DNA from: the human T2T-CHM13v2.0 reference genome, Homo sapiens | Length of the DNA: 64,000 bases | Assembly: GCF_009914755.1 (NCBI RefSeq) | Contig: NC_060931.1 | Strand: one strand, 5' to 3' | Part shown: positions 37,076 through 57,082 of the stretch, piece after piece | Numbering within the stretch: position 1 is the stretch's first letter | Layout: every line of letters begins with the position of its first letter | Program-made: the position numbers and the translations under genes | Notes under the pieces: model-generated | What the model was told of the DNA's origin: nothing | Seen by the model: the letters and a program-made list of their open reading frames with translations, nothing else | Database searches by the model: none

Positions 37076-38512
37076 ATTGTGCAATTTGGTACAGTCAGCA
37101 AGTCAAACTTTTAAAAAATATTGCAAAAGATGGCTGAGTGAAGTGTAATAATACACATGCAGCATTTTAAAAACCAAACTTATTAACTTCTACCCCACCC
37201 TCAAATAAACCAGCACGTATATCCATCAATCCACAACTAATCCAGATTCAAAATACTGATGTTTTCATTGACTTCTCCTTCCTTGTTCTATTCAGTTAGT
37301 CAACATGCCTTGGAATTTCTAAATTGACAGTTTCTGGTTCACGCATTTGTCTTATTCTCCCTTCTGTTTCTTCACCGTGATGCTAACCACATTTTTTTTT
37401 CTTAATGGTTGGTTTGTAGTTACTTTGTTTTACCATTGTTTATGTTTTATCGATTAATTAGTTCTTGCTTCTTGCTACTAGATTACCTTTCCTAAACTGA
37501 GGCTGTGTTGCATATGAAGTATAGATTTCTTACGTTGCTTTTCTAGTAATGCCCCAAATCTTTACCACCTTTTCTTTCTGACTACTTCTCTCTATGAGTG
37601 TGCTTTCAACTCACCTGAACTCCTTGCTGTGCTCTAGGCTTGTGGAACTCAGCCTCTGTGCTGTTATTTCCCTGGAATGCCCATCTACTTGACAAAAATG
37701 TAGTCATTCTCAGCCTTCATCTCAGTTATTACCTAGTGTGTCAAACCAAACTTGATTTTCCCCAGCCCTCATCACATTGTGTATATTTTTTGGAATCTTT
37801 ACTCAAATTTAAGTCATTCATTAATTTAAGTTCATTTGCTTTTTTGCTGATAAATTTACATAATATGAAACTTAATACTTCATTAAAAATTTTATATATT
37901 GTCCTCTTTTAATAATTTTATTTGTCCTCACATTATATGTTCACATGTGTGCACAGATAAACATTGGTGGTGATGTTCTTCTCCTAGTTTTACAATTGTT
38001 TTTATCAGAGAAATTTGGGATGATTGTAATATCTTTGTGCTTTTAGGTATTGCAATAATATTTCATAATGATCATGTATTAGTTTGGTATAGATATTCAA
38101 GCTATTACTCTAATAAATGAGTTTTTTAAAAGTTTAAGGAAGAATAAAGAAGACCATAAATCCATAATTAATTCTGTGTGAACAGATAACTACCATTGTA
38201 GCAGTTTGGCTTATATCCTGGGCACACGTGTACATGTATGTTTTACATACACAGTGGCCATACCATATTGTATGATATTGGAGAATTCCCCCCCATTATA
38301 TTATTGGGGATATTTTTTCATGTCAGGAAACAGTTTGACTTTAAAATTCTTATTGCTGCCTAATATGTAACTACATGACTGTACTTTTATTTGACCTCTC
38401 TGCTCTGGCTTTTTTTTGTTGGGCATTTGGTTTATTTCTACTTTTTCCTATTAATAAAACACTTCTTGATGAACATCCTTGTACATATTACCTTTGTTCA
38501 CTAAATGATGAA

Positions 38513-38600
38513 CAGTATTTATCAAAATCTTGGGAGTCCCCGAGACTATGTCAGAGTGTCTGTGAAGTCAGACTATTTTCATAACGGTATTAAGGCTGTT

Positions 38601-38631
<31 letters not shown>

Positions 38632-39830
38632 ACTGTGCTGACATTTGCATCAATGTTGCAAAAGTAATGGTGGGTACATTCTCTGGTGTTTTAACATGAA
38701 TTAAGGCAGTGACAATTATTTATTTTATTAAATCTTGATCCTAAAGTGCATTTAAAAAATCTTTGTGACAAGTAGGGAGCATATGCATAAAGGACTTCTG
38801 TTTCGTACTGAAGTATAACAGTTGTCTTCAGGAAAAGTACCTGTCCAGCTGGCATGGTAGTGTGCACCTGTGTTCTCAGCTACTTGGAGGCTGAGGCGGG
38901 AAGCTCACTTGAACCCAAGAGTTCAGTCCAGTCTGGGTAACATTGCAAGACCCCGTCTCTTAAAAAATAAAAATAAAAAAAGGTACTTGTTCAATTTAAT
39001 TGTGAGCTGAGCTAGCTTTTCTTATTTCTTCTGTAGAACATCATTTTTACTTGAAAGGACAATTGACAGACTGTGGTTATTCAGATTTTAGTGCTTGGCA
39101 GATACATTCTTGAAAATGAAGTGAGCCTGTCACTTCAAGTAAAACAGTGGACATTATTTGTTGCCAATGATAATATGTAAGTTTTCAAACAAAAATGAGA
39201 ATTTTGAAATACTTATATTTGATATTGTGAGCTTGAAAACTTCCCAGCACTTGAGGACTTTCCTGGTGAGATTGGTGATGTTGTTAACCAGTGTGATTTT
39301 GTATATTGGATAATGAAATGTGTTAGCATTTGGAGTACTACATAAATCAGGGCACCAATATTTTCAAAATGACCACTGCATGGTGGCACAAAATCATGGT
39401 TAAAGATCCAATAACAGTACAAGACACGCTTGGACTTTAACATAACAGGGTATGAAATATTAATTGCTGTGGCTTCAGATTCTGCATTGCAGCCAGTCTT
39501 TAAGAAGTGGCCACTTTTTGATTATTAGTGTAGTATCGAAGAATATCTAAAATTGTTTGAAAAGACAAAGTACTTCTTTTTACAACTACGTATTTATTTG
39601 GAGTCAGATTTCTTTCATGTGTTTCAGTCAAAAAACATATCGAGTGAGACTCCATCTCAGGAAAAAAAAAATATGTGTATGTATATATCTCACAAGAGAT
39701 TGAATGCAGAAGCAGATAGAAGAATTCAGCTGTTTTCTACAAAGTCAGACATTAAAGAGTTTTGGAAAACTAAAAAATATTTGTTTTATAGACTTTTTGT
39801 CATTAAAATATGTTGCATTAACATGTAATA
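38513..39830. mobile_element. Charlie1-like hAT DNA transposon relic with an Alu monomer at 38846-38980
   Basis: tggttattcaga...ttggcagatacattcttgaaaatgaa...gcctgtcacttcaag; ttgaatgcagaagcagata. Confidence 0.75.
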
Positions 39831-40571
39831 CTGATTTGTTTCTTAAGTTTGACTATTCTTTTTAAAATTATAGTCAGCCCAGTTTGTACCAGCTGACCCT
39901 TACCTCATTTCCTGTCTTCTTTACCCTCCTGCTCTAGTCTTTTCCAATAAAGGCCTTAAGTTACATACCATATATTAGTTTATTGGGATTACTGTTTGTC
40001 TTTTCTTACTAGAATGTAACCTACACAGGGTGAAGGTTTTTTTTTTTTTGTCTTGTATGTCAGTTGTCTAGAACAGTGCCTGGCATATATTATGTGGTCA
40101 AGAAATAGTTGTCGAGTGAAGGATACAGGTTTCATGACTCTTCATTTGTATTCATATTTTTTGCTTATCTTGCATTCTCTGATTTTGGAATGATTTCAAC
40201 AGCCACTTTCCTTAGTATTTTATGGCGTCTCTCCTTTGGGAAAATACTTTAATTATTTTTGATGATCCTGGCCTCTAATTTTGGCTTTTGTAGATTTAAC
40301 TCTGAAATTTCCAGAAAGTGCTACGTAGCACGATGGCAGTTAAATTTCCTTCCGGAGTGCCTGCGCTGATGCACAGTGTGAGATGAACACAGGGATTCCT
40401 AACCCTAGCTGTCCATCAGAATTAGTGGGAACTTTAAAAAGCAAAAAGAGCCCACTGAATCAAAAATCAGTGAGGAGGCCAAGGATTATATGCTTGTTAA
40501 CAAGGTTATAATACTTGTTATTAGCTAGCCTGGCAAAAAGATGTTCTGGTTTCAGCAGAATTAGATGCTCT

Positions 40572-46240
<5,669 letters not shown>

Positions 46241-46330
46241 AGGCTATTAATTCTTTAATGTCTTTAATTCTTGGATTTTCTTTTCTTTCTTTCTTTTTTT
46301 TTTTTTAAAGCACTTGTTCTGTTTGGTAAT

Positions 46331-46742
46331 TGTATTAGGCCATTCTCACAGGGCTATAAAGAAATACTGGAGACTGGGTAATTCATAAAGAAGAGAGGCT
46401 TAATTGGCTCATGGTTCTGTAGGCTGTACAAGTGTGGTGTCAGCGCCTGCTCAGTTTCTGGGGAGGCCTCAGGGAGCTTTTACTCATGGTGGAAGGCCAA
46501 GCAGGAACAGGCACTTACCTTACATGGCAAAAGAAGGAGCAAGAGGGTGAGCAGAGGCGGGGAGGGGTGCCACACTTTACAACAACCAGATATCCAGAGA
46601 GCTCACTGGCTATGGTGAGGGCAGCACCAAGCCATGCCGGATCTGCCCCGGGACCCCAACGCCTCCCACCAGGCCCCACCTCCAACACTGGGTATTACAA
46701 TTCAACATGAGATTTGCAGGGATGTATATTCAAACTGTATCA
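46331..46742 (-). mobile_element. MST-type MaLR solo LTR
   Basis: TG...CA ends, 5-bp TSD gta[a/g]t, gagactgggtaatt..taaagaa motif. Confidence 0.9.
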
Positions 46743-47124
46743 GTAGTGTTTGGTAAGAGTATATATATTACTTTGGTAGAACTTGATTGATTTCCAGCTC
46801 CAGGCTCGGAAAATTCCTGAGGCTTTATAGGTGTTTATATCATCTGGCCCTACCTACCCCAACCACCTGCCCCTAGGTAGACTCTTTCTGGGGAGAGAGA
46901 TCTATGCTCTGCTGTCTCTCAGATTTCTTTGCTTGTATGTATGTCTGAGATGAAAACCTTTAATTTCAATTCTTTGTTTACTAGGAATAAAGATAACTTT
47001 GTCAGGTGCCACCCATTTGTCAGTTCTTGTATTTTAAAATACGTTGTCAAATTTAGTGTTCCAGCAAATTTATGAAGTAGATAATAGCTTCATTTTTACA
47101 GAAAAAGAAACAGGCCTCTAAAGG

Positions 47125-47815
47125 GCTCTGCTCTTAATTGCCCTTTCTTCACTGTCCATTTCAGTAGCTACTTGCCACACATGGCACCAAGCACTTGGAA
47201 TGTGGCTTGTTCACATTGAGATGAGAGATGTGCTGTGTGTGCAAAATAAGCAGTTAGTATGGAAAAAATGTAAAATATGCTGTTAATATTTCCTGTATTG
47301 AGTACACACTATGACTTATATATATGTGTGTGTGTGTGTGTGTATATACATTTTTTTTTTGAGACAGAGTTTCTGTCACCCAGGCTGAGTGCAGTGGCGC
47401 GATCTCAGCTCACTGCAGTTTTGCCTCCCGGTTCAAGCGATTCTCGTGCCTCAGCCTCCCAAGTAGCTGGGATAGCTGGGACTACGGACGTGCACCTCCA
47501 TGCCTGGCTGATTTTTTTTTTTTTGTATTTTTTTAGTAGAGGTGGGGCTTTGCTATGTTGGCCGGGCTGGTCTCAAACGCCTGACCTCAAGCTGATCCAT
47601 CCGCTTCGGCCTCCCAAAGTGCTGGGATTACAGGCATGAGCCACCGCGCCCAGCCATACATACTGTGATAATATTTTGGATATAGTATGTTAAATAAAAT
47701 ATATTGTTAAAATATCGTCTGTTGAAGTTTCACCTATTTCTCTTTACCTTTTATAAATGTGGCTACTAGAAAACCTAGAATTAGGTGTGTGCTTATATTT
47801 CCGTTGCTCAGCACA
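47125..47815. mobile_element. MER33/MER3-like hAT relic split by AluS(-, 47351-47656)
   Basis: gcacttggaatgtggct and aatgtggctactagaaaa motifs on either side of the Alu. Confidence 0.7.
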
Positions 47816-48259
47816 TCTCTGCATTATCTCTATTTTGCTTAAATGGAATCTTAGCTTTCCATGATTTGGAAAAGTGTGACGATTACAAAAAGTATTATGA
47901 AAGTCTCTAACTTTTTAGCATGTCACATTTTTTTTCTTTCATGCAGTAAAAAAACACTCAAAACCCATTTTATAAAGAAAACACTTTAATAACATTTGAG
48001 GTTTTTTTTTTTTGAAAACCTGTTAGTGATTTTTCATGCCCAATAATGTTCAATAAGTTGGTTTTCTTGGATAGCTTTGTGTTTTTAAAGATGTTTCATT
48101 ATTAAAAATGGCTAAAGTAAAATGATAGTTACATATGAAACTTTTGTAATTTAAAATGTCAAGTCAGGAATCCTTAAAAAAGTTGTTTTAGTGTTTGAAT
48201 TATTTGCATTGTGTCTATTTTAACTTAGTAAAACTGACTTCAATGGACTGTTCTCATAG

Positions 48260-48338
48260 ATGATGACTTTGACCAGTTTGATAAGCCTGGCGCGGAACGG
48301 TCGTGGAGAAGAAGAGCTGCTGATGAGGACTGGGACAG
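48260..48338 (+). CDS. RBM33: RBM33 coding exon 2 (DDDFDQFDKPGAERSWRRRAADEDWD)
   Basis: Acceptor ttctcatag|, donor CAG|GTACGT; 79 nt; phases match exons 1 and 3. Confidence 0.95.
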
Positions 48339-49158
48339 GTACGTGCACCCTGTGCTTCACCTAACTGCCTGTGCCGATCTCTCTCATTCTGACACTTGGC
48401 TCCTGAGGGATCTTTACTGAACGCAGCACCTTGACTACCTGGCGCTCTCTCTTGAGTGGGGCTGTCCCTCCTGAGCTAAAGTGAAGCTTCTCCATGCAGA
48501 AGGCTGAGGTGTGCTCCTGTTCCAGGCCTGTGTTGTGTGGAGGGCTGCCAATAGATCATAGGTCTTCTGTCCTTTTTCTTTGTTTTTGTACAGTAATGAT
48601 ACTGACTTTGTGGACACCCAGAACCATTACTGGAGTGGCCTTGTGCCAGAGTTCTTTAAGCTCTACTTTGTACTGAATATCTGGCTACACTTTAACGTTT
48701 TTTCCATTCTAATATGTGTAGATGGTATTTCACTAATTTTAACTTTCATTTTCCTGGTTACCAGTGAAGATGAAAATACCTGTTTAGGAATGGATGAAAA
48801 TGACCTGTTTAGGAATACACACAAACACAATTTAAAAATCCACAGTGATGATAGATGGTAGTTTGATATAGTGGTTACCTCTGGCAAGGAGTTAATAATA
48901 GAGGTTAGAGATGTGTTCTGGGAGAAATACACAGTGGGGCTTAATCTGGGTGGTGGGGCTGAGAAATGATGGTTATTCTTTATAACTTTTTTAACACCTT
49001 AAATACTGTGTTGAGAAAATGTAACAATTACTTTGAAGCTGCAGTCAATTTGAAAACGGCAGTGTCACATCTGGAAGTTTTATAGAATAATCTAACTTGA
49101 GAACTATGAGGCCCTTACAGTTCACATAAAGCTGATTGCTCTTTAGTGACTCATGCAG

Positions 49159-49603
49159 TGTATTAGTCAGGATTCTCCAGAGGAGCAGAACCAAAAGAAT
49201 ATATGTAGAAAGATTCATTGTGAAGGACTGGCTCACGTGATTATGGAGACTGAGAAGTTACACGGTCTGTAGAATGGTGTAGTTCCAGTCTGAGCCCAGT
49301 GTTCTGTGAACCAGGGGAGCCAGTCATGGAAGTCCCTATCTGAGCCTGGAGGCCTGAGAACCAGGAGCACCCATGTCTGAGGGCAGAAGATAGCTCAGCT
49401 CAAGAAGAGGGTGAATTTGCCCAACTCCAACTTTTTGGGTAATGTCTGCCCACATTGGTGAGGATGGATTTCTTTACTCAGTCTGTGGACTCATTGCTAA
49501 TCAGCTCTGGAAGCACCCTCATGGACTTTCACAGAAATAATATTTTGTTAGGTAGCTGGGCATCTCTTATCCCAGTCAAGCTGTCGCACAAAATCAGCCA
49601 GTA
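49159..49603 (-). mobile_element. MLT2-type ERVL solo LTR
   Basis: tgtattagtcaggattctccagag...ggctcacgtgattatggag...ccagtcaag. Confidence 0.8.
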
Positions 49604-52387
49604 TGCATTCTAAAAGTTAGATAGTGCTTAAAAACGATGTCTTTCCTAGAAAAGAAATGGTCTTACTAGTAAGTACTAAAGCTAGTTTTGATTAAAAGAC
49701 TGTGATGGTGAGCTGAATAAAATATTAAGTGGGTCTTTCAATAGCTTACTCATTATTTGGAGTTCCTCTTTGAATGGTCTGTTCATATCTGTTTTTTCTT
49801 TTGGGTTGTTTGTCTTTTGTTTATTGATTTTAGGGACTGTTTATATTATACTTACTGGAAATTTATTTTTATTGTTTATAAGTATCTCCTCCCAGTCTGT
49901 GGCATGTGTTTCCTTAAAAAATAGTCTTTGACTAGATTTTTGAGAAGAATACAGTCAGATGTATAATCTTTTTTCTGTGTAGTTTTTATTCTTTTTTTAT
50001 TAAAACATGAACAAAAATGTATTTGGAAACCCTTTCAGACTTCCAAGAAAGTTGCAAGAATAATACAGAAACTCCCACTTGACCTTCTCTTACACTCATG
50101 AACTGCTTTTTGTCAACTTATGTTGTCATTCTAATTGTTTACGTACATGGATATACTGTATATGTAAAATTTTCTTTCCTGTACCATTTGATAGTAGGTT
50201 GCAGGTGTCATGCCACTTCCGAATGCTTCAGTATTGTTTAGCATGTATTTCCCGCAAAACAGGAACTTTCACTTATATAAATATTGTATAATTTTTAAAG
50301 TCAGGAAGTTTATCAGACATCCAGTTCTATATATGTGAGGTTTATTGTTGTTGTTTTGGAGACAGGGTGTTTCTCTGTCACGCAGGTGGAGTGTAGTGGC
50401 GTGATCATAGCAAGCAGGAACTCCTGGGCTCAAGTGATGCTCCTGCCTTGGCCTCCCAGAGTGCTGGGATTGGCGTGAGCTAGTGTGCCGTGCCCAGTTG
50501 TATTTTTATTCTACAGTGGTTATTCAGATTGTTTTCAGTTGTCTCAATAATTTCCTTTATACCCCCAAAAGAATTTTTTGTTCTGATTCAAGATTCAATT
50601 CAGGATCATACATTGCATTTTTCTTTCATCATTTCTTAATGTGGAAGAATTCTGTAGCCTGTCTTTTATGACGTTGACAGGCCATTTATTTTGGGTTTGC
50701 TGGTGGTCCATTGTGACTAAATGCGGGCTGTGCATTGTGGTCAGAGTAGATGATGTGTGGCCTCCTGAGTGCCCACTTCAGGAGGCACAGGAAATTGGTT
50801 TGTGCTTTTTGTCCTTAAGAAATTCTTCCCTTCCTTGTATTCTAGATATCTCCTGCATGTGTCTATGAAAGTTGTAATTTTTTTAAATAGCTATACAGTC
50901 TGCCTGAAATTGATTGAATTGATTGATTTTTAGTTACTAACAAGTTCAAGCATATGTGAAAATAGACTAGTACAGTGAACCCAATGTACCATCTTCCAGT
51001 TTCACCAGTTATCAGCATATAGCCAATCTCTTATCCATACTCTCTGCAGCCCCCTCAAATCACAAAATTTTTGAAAAAATTTCAGAATATATTTTTCTAA
51101 AAAATAAACGGTTTAAAATATAGCCACAATAGTTACTATATCTAAAAAAATTCCTTATTACGTAAATATCTTAGTGTTTACATTTCCGATTGTCTCTTAT
51201 ATTTGTGTGTGTGTCTATGTATACGTATGTAGACGCATATATATCTACATACATATGTATACACACATATTTTAAATATATGTATTAGTATACTGTCACT
51301 TACACAGTGTGGATATGTGTCTGTGTGCTTTTTGATGGTTTGAATTGGGCGCACATGGTCATTGATGGGTATGTCTTTCAAGTGTTGTTTCATGTACAGG
51401 TTCTCCCCCATCTTATTTTAGTTCCATGCAATTTTTGTTGAAGAAGCAAGGTAGCGTGTCTTCTAGAATTTTTCCTTTTGCTGATTGCACTCCCTGAGGT
51501 GTTTTTAGTGTGCCCCTTAGCTGCTGATATTTTATGTGAGTTAATAGAAGTGGATGGGATTCAGGTTTGAACTTGGGGGAGGGGCCGGGGTGTGGCAGTG
51601 TAGTAAGTATTGCTGTGTTCCTCATCGGAAGCTCCTTGGGGGCTGGTGAACTTTGCGTGGTGATACCTCTGCTTTTCCTGTTACCTGTAGTACTAGTACA
51701 CTAATATACTACCTAATAGTACTGTAAACTAGTTCGTTCTTGAGGTAGAGATTACATAGAAAAGACAGGGTAAGTGATTGAGTCTTTCCTGTTGTTTACC
51801 AAGTTTCAAACTAAGAAGTCAGCCCTAGCACTTGCAGGGATGAGTTTTGTTTTTGAATCATTTTGAAATCATAGATTTAAATGTTGGTTGTGTTGAATCC
51901 ATTGTCGTTTCGTATCTTTATTGGTGGTTACATTGCCTGATATTTGTTCAACTGGTATTTCTTCAGGTTGGCTCCTGTGTCCATTTGACATGCCTTTAGA
52001 TGTCTTTGGCAGCTGTCTTGCTTTCTGCTATGATGGAACTTGTTTTGGTCATGGTGTGAGACGGTTCTAGGTTTTATTGTTTACCGTATTATGAATTGCA
52101 GTTGTTTCATATTGTTTGTGAACGAGCTCTTTTTTTTACTGTCTTCAGTGACGTGTTTGCATCTATGAAGCTTTTGCCACATGTATTTCTTTTTTGATGT
52201 TTTAAGCATAAGACAGCCTCTCTGTGTGCTGCATGACACAGAGAGAGACACTTGGAAGGTGAGAAGAGTGGGTCAGGAATTACTATGGTAAGTTCTTCTG
52301 CCATGCTGTACTGGTAGTGGTGTTTGGAAGAATATGATGTTATTGCTGAACCAACACCTGAAATTGTGTTTTATTTATTTTTTTTAA

Positions 52388-52736
<349 letters not shown>

Positions 52737-53619
52737 CAAAAAGTTTTAACTGAAGAAATTTAATGACGGGTCTATTTACAGGCCAGGGTTAAAGAACTAA
52801 TGAGTTCATTCCCATCCAGGGAGTACCAGTTCCTGCCCCGGCCTTGTGGGAAGTGGTGTCCTAGGGCCCAGTGAAGGCTGTTGGGGGAGGGATACTGTAG
52901 TCTCTATTTCTTCAGGTGAGAAGGGAGGGGCCGGTCTTTCTCCTCCTACTTGGTGACGTTATGTTGGTGCGTCCCAATGGGCGAATCCATCTGGAAGCCA
53001 GAGGTTAGGACCGGCTGTGCCAGCTGCTCCTGGAGGACGCAATCCAGCCACAGAGCAGGCAGGTAAGACGGAGAGTGGACTAGAGTGGGGAGGACCCAGA
53101 GACTACAGCCCCACTTACAGTGGTCAAGTTCACTTCTGGTTTTGAAAGGCTGTAGCCAAGTGGCTGACAACAAATACTTGTTTCCTGAAAAACGTCTTTG
53201 AGGATAACTTCTGTTTCTAAGTAAAAATATACTTGCTTTCAAAGAGCTCATTGTCTATAAGCTTTAATAAGAAATGCCTGCCAGAAAGATTGTTCGTACT
53301 CAAGTAGTGATTACTGGTGGAATCTTTAGGGAACTCTAGAATTGAACACAGGAAGCCTCTTCATCAGCCCAGTGCTTGTTTGATTTCCTAGAACACTTAC
53401 TGCTGCTGCCAGCCAGAGTGACTGCTCACCCCTTTGAAACTGCCAGATGGAGACCAGTCATTTCCATTAGTTCATTGTTGTTTTTGCCAAGAGTGGATGT
53501 AGTTTTACATATGTAATAAATTTATTCCTTATGTGTACATCCTTTGTGAGGGTCCAGCTTTACGATGACAAGAAGAAAAGTACATGTAGTTTCTGTGGGG
53601 TGTGTGCATAGTAGTTAGG

Positions 53620-53815
53620 ACTTGGATTCTCTCACTGGTGTCACCACTTCCTAGCTGGATGACCTTGGGCAAATTAGCATCTTAGTGTCTCTGTTTTCAC
53701 ATTTTGAAAATGGCAACGGTGTGTCTACCTGAGAGGGGTATTATGTCAATGAAAAGCTTGTGTGTGTGGAACATGTCAAGTGGTGCCTGGCACAGAAGTG
53801 CATTGAGCGGATGCT
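53620..53815 (+). mobile_element. MIR (another at ~54430-54560)
   Basis: gaccttgggcaa...ctctgttttcacattttgaaaatgg core. Confidence 0.7.
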
Positions 53816-55559
53816 GTGGATCGCTGGGGCTGCTGTTTATACTTGCTGTTGTTCTGTACTGAATCCCACTGTCCCCCATCCTGTTTCTCATTAGTCATGA
53901 AACAAGTACTAGTCTTCATTTTCTCTACTCATTTTATAGTTGATACACTTACTTATCTTTTTAAAAATGTTTTCGTTGAGAAAAAATAAGTAGTTATTAA
54001 AGGTTGATTTATTTCCATGTACTTGTCAGCAAGAGGCACAGATACTTTCTAGATTTTTGCTTGTATAATTACTAATGCCTGTTTTTATGACTTTGTCAGT
54101 TTGCCCTGGGAAACTGGCATCACATTCCATTTTTAGTTACTTAAGGTGATGGTATAGACGAGTGCCTGTCTTTAAAAGGGGTGCTTGTGTGTTTTTGGTT
54201 ATCTGGAATCAAATTTTCAAATGGGGTTATTGTAAATATTGTTGACTAGACAGCATTGTTTTCTCCCTGCCTCTGGAGGGTAGTTGGAACACTGAAGATA
54301 CAAAAATTGTATTTGATAGATGATAGTGGTTTTAAAATGTTGGAAGAAGCTATATGTTATTCTCTTATAACTATACTATAGGAGTTTGTGAAAGATTGTT
54401 TTTCAAGGGCTGTTAAGTTCTTGTCCTGCATCTGTCACTGCTGTGTGACTTTAGGCAAGTTATTTCATGTCCTATCCTTGTTTTCTTTATCTGTAAAATG
54501 TAATATAGGACTTACTGGAGGATAACTTAAAATAACGAATAAAGTCTTTAGTGCATGAATTAAATGATTTGTCAGGTTGTTTTTAGTTCTAAAAGGCGTT
54601 ATATAGAAACATGCATTTCATTATAACTCCATATATGCATTCCCGGAGATTATAGTATTCTGCAAAGTGGCATGCTAAAAATAAACATGATTTTTTGGTA
54701 AAATAATGGTTTTGCTGATTTCTCAATACCTATAGAATTTTGTAACCAGAGCACCTATTAAAAATAAAGCAGCAATTCTAATAACAATATCGATGCAGTT
54801 AAATCTCCATGAGTATTGGCACCTAGAGTTACAGTCCATCTAATTGTATTTCCTCTTTGTATATTTCTGTATGTTGACTTTTAATGATATTTGCTTCCAA
54901 GAGATTGATTTCCCCAGAATTAAAAACATGATCTAGTGGTAGCCATTTTTATCAACTAAAAAAATCTTGTTTCTAATAAATGCAGTGGAAAATGTCTTCA
55001 GCTTTTTTATTTGCTAAGGGTTTCTGTTTTAGTTGTAAAAATAGGGAGAAAGCCGGCTTCTAATCATTTAAAACAGAAATATGCTAGAAAAAATTGCAAA
55101 TCACTGATACGACATCCATGTTATACAAAGCTAATTTCCCTTAGTTACTGTGATTTGATTTTATGTTCTCGTTCGTTTTTAAAATTTATTTTTTTTTTCA
55201 GTTTCTTTTGGTTTGATGAATGTCAAACGGTCTCTAGTGGTTTTGGTTTTTATCTTCCTAATCAATTATATTGTGCATCTTTTCCTTCTTCATTAAGGTT
55301 TTTAAAGATAGGAGAAAGCTTAGATATGACTTACTATATTACAGTTTCTGCTTTTACTGATTATTCAACAGACCCAAAGAGATTAAGATCCCATATTAAG
55401 GTACAAAACTAAGATTAGAAGTATAGTGAGGCACTACCTATAGCAAAGCCTCCCCATACTTAAAAAGATAAAATGTTCTCTGTGCATTTGAAAATACATT
55501 TTTATTATTAATAAAGAAAGAGGAAAGCATAGCAAACTTAATGTAAAAGTATCCAAGCT

Positions 55560-55888
<329 letters not shown>

Positions 55889-55948
55889 CTACAAACTTGC
55901 AAGTCTTATGGGAATAATCATTGACATGTCTCTTTTTTTTCTCCCAAG

Positions 55949-55997
55949 TGAACTTGAAGATGATTTACTTGGAGAAGATTTGCTATCTGGCAAAAAG
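55949..55997 (+). CDS. RBM33: RBM33 coding exon 3 (SELEDDLLGEDLLSGKK)
   Basis: Pyrimidine tract + ctcccaag|, donor AAG|GTAAGA; 49 nt; cumulative 171 nt, phase 0. Confidence 0.93.
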
Positions 55998-56487
55998 GTA
56001 AGAAGTTTATGTCCTTCTGAGATGAAATACTAGTCATTTAATTATACTTAACATACAGCAGTAATCACTTATACATGGGTTTCATTACTGGAAAGTTGGG
56101 TATAGATTAAAATTTTGTAAACTGAATTATTTTTTAAGTGCGCAGGGAATTGACTGTTTATTAGTAAATTCTCTGGTAATTATAACTCAAGAAATAAATC
56201 CTTGAAGATTAGTTCCTACTTTGTCCAAGGCACTCTGGCAGTTACTGGATTGTGACAGCGTTAACATAGAGTTATTCCTTGCCATAACAGAAAGTCACAT
56301 TTGGAGGTGAATATTTTGCATACTTGTTCTGGATTTCACTTTTTGGAGGCATTCAGAGATAAGCTTAAAGGTAAACATACTCAAATATAATAAACATTAA
56401 AATAAATAAAAGTCTAAAACCTAATGTAGGTTTTTCTAAATCTTTTTGATGAAATAAAAAATTTGTATATCTATTTATATATATTGT

Positions 56488-56491
56488 GGGG

Positions 56492-56525
<34 letters not shown>

Positions 56526-56782
56526 ATATACCCACATATATATATACATACACGTGTGTATATATATACACACATATATACATACATACGTGTATATATA
56601 TACACACATATATACATACACACGTGTATATATATACACACATATATACATACACACGTGTATATATATATACACACATATACATACACACGTGTATATA
56701 TATACACACATATATACATACACACGTGTATATATATACACACACATATATACATACACACGTGTATATACGCGCGCGCGCA

Positions 56783-56831
<49 letters not shown>
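56488..56831. repeat. Compound alternating purine/pyrimidine repeat: (GT)n - [CACGTG(TA)n(CA)n... 34-36-bp unit] x7 - (CG)5 - (CA)n
   Basis: Read directly. Confidence 0.95.
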
Positions 56832-56969
56832 CTACCAGTATATTTCGGACATTATAAAACACATAAAAGTAGAATGTATAGCGAGAAAGTGAAATACTAC
56901 ATTTTTTAAATTTTATTAACAGTTTAAAAACACTTTCTGTTCTCATTATCAAGATAGTTTAGGCTTAGT

Positions 56970-56977
56970 TGTTGTTT

Positions 56978-57019
<42 letters not shown>

Positions 57020-57082
57020 AGACACAGTCTTACTCTTGCCCAGGCTGGAGTACAGTGGCACCATCTTGGCTCACTGCAAGCT
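56970..57082 (-). mobile_element. 5'-truncated Alu with ~40-nt T tract
   Basis: T-run then gagacacagtct...ggctcactgcaagc. Confidence 0.85.

Noticed and set aside
56365-56952. Multiple overlapping 116-195-aa ORFs on both strands
   Set aside because: Stop-free low-complexity dinucleotide repeat
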